NCBI GenBank assembly: GCA_016874795.1
Contig: VGTG01000004.1
Location: 11,734-75,733, forward strand
Direction of reading: 5' to 3'
Length of the DNA stretch: 64,000 bases
From: Deltaproteobacteria bacterium
GTDB lineage: Bacteria > Desulfobacterota > Binatia > UBA12015
Part shown: positions 1 to 8,258 of the stretch, piece by piece
How positions within the stretch are numbered: position 1 is the stretch's first letter
How the letters are laid out: each line of letters starts with the position of its first letter
Translations under genes and position numbers: made by a program
The notes under the pieces: generated by a model
What the model was told of the DNA's origin: nothing
Seen by the model: the letters and a program-made list of their open reading frames with translations, nothing else
Databases searched by the model: none

Positions 1-180
1 CACCACTTCGCCTTCGCCCTGTGCTTCCTTGATCCGGAGGGATTCCTCGAGCGCGATCTCGCAGAACGGGTTGATGACGAACTTCACGTTGTCCGTGACG
101 ATGCCCGTTCCGTCGGGCCGCACGGCGATGTTGGTCTGCGGATCGGGGACCCGCTTGATCGGCACGAGGATCTTCACGCC
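1..180 (-). CDS. etfB: Electron transfer flavoprotein beta subunit, N-terminal part (gene continues past the window edge)
   Basis: Reverse-strand translation from the GTG at 178-180 gives MKILVPIKRVPDPQTNIAVRPDGTGIVTDNVKFVINPFCEIALEE, the canonical EtfB N-terminus. AAGGAGGA lies 6 nt upstream. Confidence 0.75.
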
Positions 181-204
181 GAGGCTTCCTCCTTATGGAA
201 TGGC

Positions 205-240
205 CCTCCGGGCTCAAGAAACGCTTACGCCGGAGGGTCG
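205..240 (-). promoter_or_regulatory. Inverted repeat (CCCTCCGGGC, 15-nt loop, GCCGGAGGG) in the putative etfB 5'-UTR, just upstream of the SD
   Basis: Direct reading shows a 9-bp perfect stem. Confidence 0.25.
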
Positions 241-410
241 AGATTCCCTAGCAAAAGGCCTCTTCGTGTCAATCGACGCGTGACGGCGAGCGCGCGCGGA
301 TCGCGATGCCGGCGAGCCGCCCGAGATCATTCGCGTGCGGCGGGCAGCGCCCCCTCGACGCCGCCGAACCAGGGGAGCGTGCGCTTCACGGTCGCGAGCC
401 CGGCGCGCTC

Positions 411-554
411 GCGACGTTCGCGAAGGAGCCGCGGGAGCGCCTGGCGACGTTCGCGAAGGAGCGAGGGCGCGCCTGGCGACGTTCGCGAAGAAGCCGCGGG
501 AGCGCCTGGCGACGTTCGCGAAGGAGCGAGGGCGCGCCTGGCGACGTTCGCGGA
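411..554. repeat. Tandem repeat array, about 4.4 copies of a 32-33-bp unit (alternating A/B variants, i.e. about 2.2 copies of a 65-bp unit), each carrying the palindrome TTCGCGAA
   Basis: Units begin at 411, 444, 476, 509 and 541 (partial). The consensus is gcgacgTTCGCGAAggagc(c/g)(g/a)(c/g)gg(a)gcgcctg. Confidence 0.8.
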
Positions 555-576
555 CCCCGGTGCCCCGCATCGGGCG

Positions 577-1356
577 TCAGGCGTTGTAGCCGAGGCGGCT
601 CGAGAGGTCCTTGCCGGCGCGAAGAGCGATCGGCGCAACCTCGCGCTCGATGCGATCGGGCGTCAGGCGATACTCCGGCGCGATGATCGAGAGGCTGCCG
701 ACGACGGTGCGCGTGTAGTCGCGGATCGGCACCGCGATCGAGCCGAGGTCGGGAAGGTACTCGCCGGAGTCGAGTGCGTAGCCGCGGTCGGCGACCGCGC
801 GCAGGTCGGCGATCAGCTCGACGCGCCGGGTGATCGTGCGATCGGTGTGCTTTGCGAGGCTCTCGGGAAGCGAGGTCTTGATGACCTCCTCCGACTCGAA
901 CGCCAGATGCACCTTGCCGGCCGCCGTGCAGTGCAGCGGCAGCGCCTGTCCCAGCAGAGACACCGTTCGAACGGGCTGATCGGATTCGACCGCCTGCACC
1001 GGCACGACCGCACCGCGACGCAGCTGACTGAGGTAGATCGTTTCGCCGCAGTTCTTCGCGACCCGCTCCATGATCGGCTGGGCCTGGCGGAGGAGTCCCA
1101 TCTGCCCGAGGTAGGTGTGACCGAGCTGCAAGCATCGGATGCCGAGCCGGTAGTTCTCGGTCGCCTTGTTCTGCTCGATGTAGCCGCGCGACTCGAGCGT
1201 CGCGAGAAGCCGGAAGACGTTGTTCTTGTGGAGCTTGAGGCGCTTCGAGAGGTCGGTGACGCCGAGCTCGTCGACCTCGCCGTTGAACTGCTCGAGGACG
1301 TCGAGCGCGTGTGAAACGGACTGGATGACGTAGTTGGTTTTCTCTCGGCGAACCAT
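577..1356 (-). CDS. IclR-family transcriptional regulator
   Basis: 259 aa with an N-terminal HTH (VLEQFNGEVDELGVTDLSKRLKLHKNNVFRLLATLESRGYI) and a C-terminal IclR effector domain. Confidence 0.85.
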   Translation of the reverse strand: MVRREKTNYVIQSVSHALDVLEQFNGEVDELGVTDLSKRLKLHKNNVFRLLATLESRGYIEQNKATENYRLGIRCLQLGHTYLGQMGLLRQAQPIMERVAKNCGETIYLSQLRRGAVVPVQAVESDQPVRTVSLLGQALPLHCTAAGKVHLAFESEEVIKTSLPESLAKHTDRTITRRVELIADLRAVADRGYALDSGEYLPDLGSIAVPIRDYTRTVVGSLSIIAPEYRLTPDRIEREVAPIALRAGKDLSSRLGYNA

Positions 1357-1499
1357 GTTAGGAGCCCCGGAGGAGGGTAGCCCGATCCTCCAAAAAGCTG
1401 TTTTAACCTAGGCTCGACCGCGCGCCATGTCAATCCAGAGCCTGCGGTATCCGAAGCGGGTTGTTTTAAAATCGCGAGAATCGACGCGGAGGTAGGGGC

Positions 1500-2204
1500 A
1501 TGGAGAGCCGCTCGGAAGAGGTCCGGATCGAGGGGAAGGACGGCCCGATGGGGGCGCATCTCGCCCTTCCGGCAGGGCAGGGACCGTTTCCCGCCGTGAT
1601 CGTCGCGATGGAAGCCTTCGGCTTGAACGATCACATCCGCTCGGTCGCGGACCGGATCGCGAACGAGGGATACGTCGCGATCGCGCCCGACTTCTATCAT
1701 CGTTCGAGCGACCGCGTCGCGAGCTACTCGGACCTCCCGAAGGCAATCGGCCTGATGCGCGAGCTCAGCGACGAGCGGATCCTCGCGGACGTCGACGCGG
1801 TCCTCGGGCTCCTGCGCAGGCGCTCCGACGTTCGCGGCGACCGGATCGGCATCACGGGCTTCTGCATGGGCGGCCGCGTGTCGTTCCTCACCGCCTGCGA
1901 GCGCGACGTCGCCGCTTCGGCGCCGTTCTACGGCGGCGGGATCGGCGGGCTGCTCGACCATGCGGAGCGGATTTCCGCACCGATGGTCCTCTTCTTCGGC
2001 GAGAAGGACGGCTTCATTCCCCTCGCCGAAGTCGATCGCGTGCAGGCGCGCCTCGCGGAGCTCGGGAAGGATGCGGAGGTGATCGTGTATCCCGGCGCGG
2101 ACCACGGCTTCTTCTGCGACGAGCGTCCGTCATACCAGGCCGCGGCCGCCGCCGACGCGTGGACAAGGCTTCTCGCTCTCTTCGCGAAGACTCTTCGGAA
2201 GTGA
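1500..2204 (+). CDS. Dienelactone hydrolase family protein
   Basis: 234 aa with the GFCMGG nucleophile elbow and a C-terminal DHGF motif, an alpha/beta hydrolase of the DLH family. Confidence 0.8.
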   Translation: MESRSEEVRIEGKDGPMGAHLALPAGQGPFPAVIVAMEAFGLNDHIRSVADRIANEGYVAIAPDFYHRSSDRVASYSDLPKAIGLMRELSDERILADVDAVLGLLRRRSDVRGDRIGITGFCMGGRVSFLTACERDVAASAPFYGGGIGGLLDHAERISAPMVLFFGEKDGFIPLAEVDRVQARLAELGKDAEVIVYPGADHGFFCDERPSYQAAAAADAWTRLLALFAKTLRK

Positions 2205-2968
2205 GCGCTCGCTCCCGGACGAGCGCGCCTCCTTCGAGCTGGGTGTTGGCGTGCGAGCACGCTTCGTGCTCGCTGCCGCGCGTGTACGGAACGCTCGGGA
2301 TCCCGCGTGCCGATCTCCGCGACCACATCGGTTGGGACGTCGGCGCCGCGGCGGTGATGGGCGAGGCCGCGCGCCGGCTCGGCGCGCCGTGCGTCGCTTC
2401 GCGCTGGTCGCGGCTCCTGATCGACTGCAATCGCGACGCGGCGGACCCGTCGCTCATCGTTGCACGGAGCGACGGCCGGGAGATCCCCGGGAACGCTCGG
2501 CTGACGCGTCGGGAGCGCGAGCGTCGCCTCGCCGAGTACTACGCGCCGTATCACGAGGCCGTGGATCGGGCGATTCGCCGCGCGCTCGCACGCGGCGATG
2601 ACGTGCGACTCCTCTCGGTGCACAGCTTCACGCCGTGCCTGCAGGACGGGCGTCCGCGCCCGTTCGACATCGGTGTGCTCTACGACCGCCACGTGCCGCT
2701 CGCACGCCGTCTCGGCAGCGCGCTTCGCAAGATCGGCTACACGATCCGCTACAACGAGCCGTACTCGGGCCTCGCGGGGCTGATCTACAGCGCGCGCCGC
2801 CACGGCGACGGGAACGGCATCCCGTACGTCGAGCTCGAGATCAACAACGGCCTCCTGCGCGACACCGCCGGAACGAAGCGCCTCGGCCGAGACGTCGCCA
2901 AAGCCCTGCAGTCGATCGCAGCACGACCCTCCGCGCGCAGCGCGGCCGAGCGAACGCGAGCGGGGTGA
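2201..2968 (+). CDS. N-formylglutamate amidohydrolase family protein
   Basis: The GTG start overlaps the upstream stop (GTGA). LACEHAS...IP and SVHSF motifs are typical of FGase. Confidence 0.7.
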   Translation: MSARSRTSAPPSSWVLACEHASCSLPRVYGTLGIPRADLRDHIGWDVGAAAVMGEAARRLGAPCVASRWSRLLIDCNRDAADPSLIVARSDGREIPGNARLTRRERERRLAEYYAPYHEAVDRAIRRALARGDDVRLLSVHSFTPCLQDGRPRPFDIGVLYDRHVPLARRLGSALRKIGYTIRYNEPYSGLAGLIYSARRHGDGNGIPYVELEINNGLLRDTAGTKRLGRDVAKALQSIAARPSARSAAERTRAG

Positions 2969-2993
2969 GGAGGCGCAGCTCAGGCTTTGCCGC

Positions 2994-3016
2994 GTGGAGG
3001 AGAGGGCGGCGCCCCT
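2994..3016. terminator. Candidate bidirectional terminator hairpin between convergent genes
   Basis: GAGAGGG-cggcgc-CCCTCT followed by TATTCAT. Confidence 0.3.
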
Positions 3017-3499
3017 CTATTCATACTGATAGACGGTGACGTCGATCTCCGTCTCGCCCGCGATGCCCTTCTCGTCCTTGCAGTTCAGGACGACGATGAA
3101 GTCGCCTTCCTTCTTGTACTCGTGGCGCGGGTTCAGCTCGGTCGACTTGGGAGAGCCGTCGCCGAAGTCCCACTCGCACGTGTGCTTCCCGGTCTGGTCC
3201 TCGACGATCGAGGTGAACGAGACGAGGAGCGGCGGCGTGCCCTCGTCCGGCTCCGCCTCGGCGTCGACGTAGAGCTCGTCGACGATGAGCGGGATGGCGC
3301 TCGCCTTCGCGGCCGGCGCGACCTTGCCTTCCTGATCCGCGGGCGCCGCGGCGGGAGGCGGCTGTCCGGGCTGCGACGCCGGTGCCGCAGGGGCGGTCTC
3401 CGGCGCGGATGCCGGCTCGTCCGACGGCGTGCACCCCAGGACGAGAAGTGCCGTGCCGGCGGCGGTGAGGGTCCTACACCATCTGCTCTGTGAGCTCAT
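3017..3499 (-). CDS. PKD-domain lipoprotein
   Basis: MSSQSRWCRTLTAAGTALLVLGC is a lipoprotein signal with a lipobox, followed by an Ala/Pro-rich linker and a PKD-like beta-sandwich (WDFGDGS). The RBS is GAGGAGG. The six-frame ORF extends upstream but that part looks like GC-rich junk. Confidence 0.7.
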   Translation of the reverse strand: MSSQSRWCRTLTAAGTALLVLGCTPSDEPASAPETAPAAPASQPGQPPPAAAPADQEGKVAPAAKASAIPLIVDELYVDAEAEPDEGTPPLLVSFTSIVEDQTGKHTCEWDFGDGSPKSTELNPRHEYKKEGDFIVVLNCKDEKGIAGETEIDVTVYQYE

Positions 3500-3617
3500 G
3501 CTTCCTCCTCCGCGGTCTCGAGCGGCGCGGTCCGATCGACCCGCGCTCGCGAGGCGAGATCTACCACCGCCCCCGAGCCTTGGAAACAGAAAGTCCGTTC
3601 GTGTTAGTCGCTCGTGC

Positions 3618-4559
3618 ATGCGTCTGGTGCTCTTCGGTCAAGCCGCCTTCGGTCAACGCGTCCTCGCCGGACTGCGCGATGCCGGACACGAGATCGCGCT
3701 CGTCTACGCGCCGACGGAGGCCGATCCGCTCGGCCAGGAGGCGACGAAGGCCGGCGTCCCGCTCCGCACGCCGAAGAGCTACAAGACGCCCGAGGTCGCC
3801 GCGGAGGTTTCCGGCGCCGCCGCGGATCTCGGCGTCCTCGCGTTCGTCACGAAGATCATTCCGCAGACGGTGATCGATGCGCCGCGGCTCGGGTCGATCT
3901 GCTTCCATCCGTCCCTCCTGCCGAAGTACCGCGGTGGCAATGCGCTCGCGTGGCAGCTGATTCGCGGCGAGACGCGCGGCGGCTTCACCGTGTTCTGGAC
4001 GGATCCCGGCATCGACACGGGACCGATCCTGCTGCAGCGCGAGGTCGCGATCGCGCCGGAGGACACCGCCGGCTCGCTCTACTTCGACAAGATCTTCGAG
4101 GCCGGCATCGCGGGCATGGTCGATTCGGTGAACCTGATCGCCGCCGGGAAGGCGCCGCGTGAAGCGCAGGACGAATCGCAGGCTTCGTACGATCCGCTGT
4201 GCACCGACGAGCACGCGGCGATCCGCTTCGGCGCGCCGGCAAGGGCGGTCTACGACCTGATCCGGGGCTGCGATCCGCAGCCGGGCGCGCATGCTCTCTG
4301 GAACGGAGAGGTTCTGCGCTTCTATGGACCGAAGCGCGTCGAGCGCGGTGCGGCGGACGCGGGCCAGCTGCCGGGAACGGTGCTCTCGATCGGCGCGAAG
4401 GAGATCGTCCTCGCCGCGGGCACGGGTGCGGAGGCGGGCGCGATCGCCGTCGGCCGCGTCCGTATCGGCAAGGACAAGCTCGCCGCGGGCGAGGCGGCCG
4501 AGCGGGCGGGGATCGCTCCGGGCTCCGTCCTCGGGGACGGCGCCGTCTCTCCGCGCTGA
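3618..4559 (+). CDS. Formyltransferase, methionyl-tRNA formyltransferase-like (N and C domains)
   Basis: MRLVLFG...; HPSLLPKYRGGNALAWQLIRGE...GIDTGPILLQ is a formyl_trans_N signature, followed by a C-terminal Fmt-like domain. Confidence 0.75.
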   Translation: MRLVLFGQAAFGQRVLAGLRDAGHEIALVYAPTEADPLGQEATKAGVPLRTPKSYKTPEVAAEVSGAAADLGVLAFVTKIIPQTVIDAPRLGSICFHPSLLPKYRGGNALAWQLIRGETRGGFTVFWTDPGIDTGPILLQREVAIAPEDTAGSLYFDKIFEAGIAGMVDSVNLIAAGKAPREAQDESQASYDPLCTDEHAAIRFGAPARAVYDLIRGCDPQPGAHALWNGEVLRFYGPKRVERGAADAGQLPGTVLSIGAKEIVLAAGTGAEAGAIAVGRVRIGKDKLAAGEAAERAGIAPGSVLGDGAVSPR

Positions 4560-4890
4560 GCCCACGCCCCCCTTTTCTCTTGCCCGCTCCTGCGCGAGGC
4601 ATTATCTTTCAAGCGCTCTCCCGACCGCGTCGGGCCAGGTGATCGAGGTTCCTGCCGAGGGCGACGAAACGCGTCGACCCGAGGTTGGAGGTCGGTGGCT
4701 CCCGGGGTTCGGGGGGACGCAGACATACCGCTGGGATCCAGATGGCCCGCCGACCCGAAGGGCGGCGGAAGGCTGGACCGGGACGGAGAAACGGCGCCGC
4801 TTCATGCGCCTCGACCCTCGAGGCCGTTGCGCGTCCGGGTGAACGCACACCGCTCACCGACTTCCGCCACCGGTCCGGGAGGTCTCGATC

Positions 4891-6681
4891 GTGAGCGCGA
4901 AAGTCACAGCCCCGGACATTCTGGTTGCGAAGCAGACGGGTCGTCGCCTGACGATGGTGACGGCCTACGACCGCACGTTTGCGAGCCTGCTCGATCGCGC
5001 AGGAGTCGACATCCTGCTCGTCGGCGACAGCCTCGCGATGGTCGTGCAGGGCGAGAGCTCGACGCTGCCGGTCACGCTCGACGAGATGGCGTATCACACG
5101 CGGCTCGTCGCCCGCGCGAGGCCGCGCGCTCTCGTTCTCGGCGATCTGCCGTTCGGCTCCTACCTGACCCGCCGTGACGCGCTCGAGAGCGCCGCGAAGC
5201 TGATCAAGGCCGGAGCCGAGGCGGTGAAGCTCGAGGGCGGTCTCAACCAGGCCGAGACGATCCGCGCTCTCGTGCAGGCGGAGATCCCCGTGATCGGCCA
5301 CATTGGCTTGACGCCGCAGGCGGTGCACCGCATGGGCGGCCACCGGGTGCAGGGGCGCGATCACGCGACGCGCCAGCGCGTCCTCGACGACGCGCGCGCG
5401 GTCGCCGAGGCAGGCGCCTTCGCGATGGTGATCGAGGGCGTGCCGCTCGATCTCGCACGGCAGATCACCGAGACGGTCGCGATCCCGACGATCGGCATCG
5501 GCGCAGGTCCGCACTGCGGCGGCCAGGTGCTCGTGATGCACGACCTCCTCGGCATCGAGACGGGCGAGCGCACGCCGCCGCGCTTCGTGCGCCGCTACGC
5601 GAGCCTCGGCTCGCAGGTGACTTCCGCGGTCGCCGCGTTCGCCGACGACGTGCGGAGCGGCCGCTTCCCGAGCGACGACGAGTGCTACCACGTGAAGGGC
5701 AGCGCCGAGCGCGCCGCTCCCCGCATGGTCGAGGTCTCATCGATCGACGAGATGCGCGGCTGGTCGGAACGCCAGCGCGCCGCGGGACTCCGCGTCGGGT
5801 TCGTACCGACGATGGGCTACCTGCACGAGGGCCACCTTTCGCTCGTGCGCGCCGCGCGCGAGCGCTGCGATCGGGTCGTCGTGTCGATCTTCGTCAACCC
5901 GATCCAGTTCGACCGCGAGGACGACCTCGTCTCGTACCCGCGCGACCTCGAGCGCGACCGCCGTCTCCTCGCCGAGGCGGGGGTCGACGTGCTCTTCGTC
6001 CCGGGTCCGCGGGAAATGTACCCGGACGACTTCGTCACGACGGTCGACGTCGAGCGCCTGACGACCGACCTCTGTGGCGCGCATCGTCCCGGCCACTTCC
6101 GCGGCGTCACGACGGTCGTCGCGAAGCTCTTTCACGCGGTGCGACCCGACGTCGCGGTCTTCGGACAGAAGGACTGGCAGCAGGTCGCAGTCGTCCGCCG
6201 CATGGCGCGTGACCTCGACTTCGGGATCGAGGTCGTCGCGGGTCCGACCGTGCGCGAAGGCGACGGGCTCGCGCTCTCGAGCCGGAACGCCCGCCTCTCG
6301 GGACCGGCGCGGGCCGCGGCGATCGCGGTTCCGACGGCGCTCGACGCGGCACGGCTCGCCGTCGCCGACGGAGCGCGCACCGCGGCCGAGATCGACGAGG
6401 CGATCCGCCGCTCGCTCGCGAGCGAGCCGGCGGCGAAGCTCGAGTACGCCCGCGTCGTCGATCCCGACTCGCTCGAAGCGGTCGACTTCGTGCGCGGCCC
6501 GGTCCAGCTCGCGGTCGCGATCTGGGTCGGCGGCGTGCGGCTGATCGACAACGTCCGCATCGATCCGGCGGAGGGTAGCCCGGAGCCGATCGCGCGGGCT
6601 CTTCCGACGCTTTCCGACGCGACGGCTTCGACCGATCCGCAGACTCCGGCTGCGCTTCTCGCGAAGCCCGAGAGCCGTTGA
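4891..6681 (+). CDS. panB/panC: Bifunctional PanB-PanC fusion: 3-methyl-2-oxobutanoate hydroxymethyltransferase (N-terminal, about 265 aa) fused in frame to pantoate-beta-alanine ligase (C-terminal)
   Basis: One uninterrupted 596-codon frame. The N-terminal half aligns with PanB (TMVTAYD...LLVGDSLAMVVQG...KLEGG...IGIGAG). From about codon 270 it aligns with PanC (RVGFVPTMGYLHEGHLSLV...VSIFVNPIQF...FGQKDWQQ). There is no stop between them. Confidence 0.8.
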   Translation: MSAKVTAPDILVAKQTGRRLTMVTAYDRTFASLLDRAGVDILLVGDSLAMVVQGESSTLPVTLDEMAYHTRLVARARPRALVLGDLPFGSYLTRRDALESAAKLIKAGAEAVKLEGGLNQAETIRALVQAEIPVIGHIGLTPQAVHRMGGHRVQGRDHATRQRVLDDARAVAEAGAFAMVIEGVPLDLARQITETVAIPTIGIGAGPHCGGQVLVMHDLLGIETGERTPPRFVRRYASLGSQVTSAVAAFADDVRSGRFPSDDECYHVKGSAERAAPRMVEVSSIDEMRGWSERQRAAGLRVGFVPTMGYLHEGHLSLVRAARERCDRVVVSIFVNPIQFDREDDLVSYPRDLERDRRLLAEAGVDVLFVPGPREMYPDDFVTTVDVERLTTDLCGAHRPGHFRGVTTVVAKLFHAVRPDVAVFGQKDWQQVAVVRRMARDLDFGIEVVAGPTVREGDGLALSSRNARLSGPARAAAIAVPTALDAARLAVADGARTAAEIDEAIRRSLASEPAAKLEYARVVDPDSLEAVDFVRGPVQLAVAIWVGGVRLIDNVRIDPAEGSPEPIARALPTLSDATASTDPQTPAALLAKPESR

Positions 6682-6691
6682 GGAGGTCCCC

Positions 6692-7096
6692 GTGAAAAAG
6701 GGAACGATGCCGATGCGCAAGGTGCTGCAGGGCAAGATCCACCGCGCCACGATCACGGGTGCGGACCTCCACTACGAGGGCTCGATCACCGTCGACAAGC
6801 GGCTGATGGACGCCTCCGGTCTCCTCGAGTGGGAGGCGGTGCACGTGTGGAACGTCACGAACGGCGAGCGCTTCGAGACCTACGTGCTCGAGGGCGAGCG
6901 CGACTCGGGCGTGGTCTGCGTGAACGGAGCCGCAGCGCACAAGGTCTCGGTCGGCGACCTGATCATCATCGGGTCGTTCACCTGGGTCGACGACGACGCG
7001 GCGCGCGTGCACGAGCCGAACATCGTGCTCGTGGACGAGCGGAATCGGATCAAGTATCTTAGCGCGAACGCAGCGGAGAAGGCGACGGCGGCCTGA
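6692..7096 (+). CDS. panD: Aspartate 1-decarboxylase
   Basis: MRKVLQGKIHRATITGADLHYEGSITVD...VNGAAAH is the pyruvoyl-dependent PanD family (self-cleavage site G-S in YEGSIT). GAGGAGG lies upstream of the GTG at 6692. The start may alternatively be the ATG at 6713. Confidence 0.85.
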   Translation: MKKGTMPMRKVLQGKIHRATITGADLHYEGSITVDKRLMDASGLLEWEAVHVWNVTNGERFETYVLEGERDSGVVCVNGAAAHKVSVGDLIIIGSFTWVDDDAARVHEPNIVLVDERNRIKYLSANAAEKATAA

Positions 7097-7112
7097 AGCC
7101 CGCCGGACGCCT

Positions 7113-8249
7113 GTGGAGGCGTCGATGGCGGGTTCCGCTCCACCGGAGCTGACGGCGGCGTTCGATCGCTGGCTCGCGGTCCAGCGCGAAGCGGTCGAGC
7201 TCGTCCAGAAGGCCGATCATCCCGGCACGCCCGAGGATTGGGCGGAGGGCTTTCGCTGGGTCACGCGCATCGCGAGCCTGGCGCTCGACTACGTGGTCGA
7301 GAAGGGCGACCCGCTGAAGCCCGTCCTCTTCCACGCGCAGGACGAGTACCGGAAGCTCCTCGTCGACAACCCGGACGTGAGCTACTGGTTCGCGGTTCTC
7401 GATCCGAAGGAGACGTACCGACTCACCGGCACGCGCGGCGAGGCGCCGTACCTCGGCTTCACGATCGGCACGAACGTCTTCAAGCCGAGCCAGGGCGGCC
7501 GTACCGGCACGCTCGGGCAGAGCTACATCGATCAGTTCGAGGTCGACGAGAATGGCGACTTCGAGATCATCCTCTCCGCGAAGCGGCACGAGGGGAACTG
7601 GATCGAGCTCCCGGAGGGCACGCAGCACCTCGCGGTGCGCGAGACGTTCCACGACAAGCAGAAGCAGAAGCACTCGACGATGAAGCTCGAGCGCGTCGGC
7701 GGAGCGATCGTGAGGCCGCTCGCGCCCGCGGAGCTCGCGCAGCAGCTCGACGACGCGGGCGTCTACCTGATGTTCGTCGTGCGGACGGGAATCCTGATGT
7801 GGGCGGGCGCGGGCCAGCGCCGGAACCAGCTCACCGGCGCTTCCGGCGCGCGTCATGTGAAGGCGCAGGACGACCAGATCCGGAGCCACTCGGACACCGA
7901 CATGGTCTACATGGGCACGCGCTTCGAGCTCGCGGAGGGCGAGGCGCTGGTGATCGACGTCGCGCCGCCGCCGTACCCGTTCGTCTACTGGGGGCTCGTC
8001 GTCGTGAACCCGTGGATGGAGTCGTACGACTACCGCCACCTGTCGGTGAACACGAACGATCGCCAGGCGAAGAAGAACGCGGACGGCTCGTGGACGCTCG
8101 TGCTGTCGCCGGAGGATCCGAGCAAGCCGAACTGGCTCGACACCGCAGGACGGCGCGAGGGGTTCCTCCTGCTCCGCTGGGTGCTCGCGGGCGACGCGCC
8201 GCCGACGCCGAAGTGCACGCTCGTGCCGATCGCGTCGCTGCGCGGCTGA
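7113..8249 (+). CDS. Conserved hypothetical protein (DUF1214-like)
   Basis: Coherent 378-aa ORF with normal composition. The family assignment is from memory only. The start could be the ATG at 7125. Confidence 0.5.
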   Translation: MEASMAGSAPPELTAAFDRWLAVQREAVELVQKADHPGTPEDWAEGFRWVTRIASLALDYVVEKGDPLKPVLFHAQDEYRKLLVDNPDVSYWFAVLDPKETYRLTGTRGEAPYLGFTIGTNVFKPSQGGRTGTLGQSYIDQFEVDENGDFEIILSAKRHEGNWIELPEGTQHLAVRETFHDKQKQKHSTMKLERVGGAIVRPLAPAELAQQLDDAGVYLMFVVRTGILMWAGAGQRRNQLTGASGARHVKAQDDQIRSHSDTDMVYMGTRFELAEGEALVIDVAPPPYPFVYWGLVVVNPWMESYDYRHLSVNTNDRQAKKNADGSWTLVLSPEDPSKPNWLDTAGRREGFLLLRWVLAGDAPPTPKCTLVPIASLRG

Positions 8250-8258
8250 ACCGCTCGC

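Noticed and set aside
280-2105. Long ORFs 280..1314(+), 386..1135(-) and 813..2105(-)
   Set aside because: They are Arg/Ala/Pro-rich with no family resemblance. They are antisense or alternate-frame to the well-supported IclR and dienelactone hydrolase genes, which is the typical open-frame artefact of 68% GC DNA.
3500-3619. N-terminal extension of the PKD lipoprotein ORF (start at 3619)
   Set aside because: The extension is Gly/Arg-rich junk. The internal ATG at 3499 has a GAGGAGG RBS and yields a proper lipoprotein signal peptide.
5690-5730. Possibility that panB and panC are separate genes with an internal restart at the Met in RMVEV
   Set aside because: A restart cannot be excluded. However, there is no stop codon terminating PanB, so translation from the panB start necessarily yields the fusion. 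A possible sequencing indel is flagged for checking.
4609-6756. ORFs 4609..5691(-), 5737..6756(-) and 6107..7012(-) antisense to panBC/panD
   Set aside because: The composition is low-complexity (R, A, P, S runs), and panB-panC/panD on the opposite strand has unambiguous homology.
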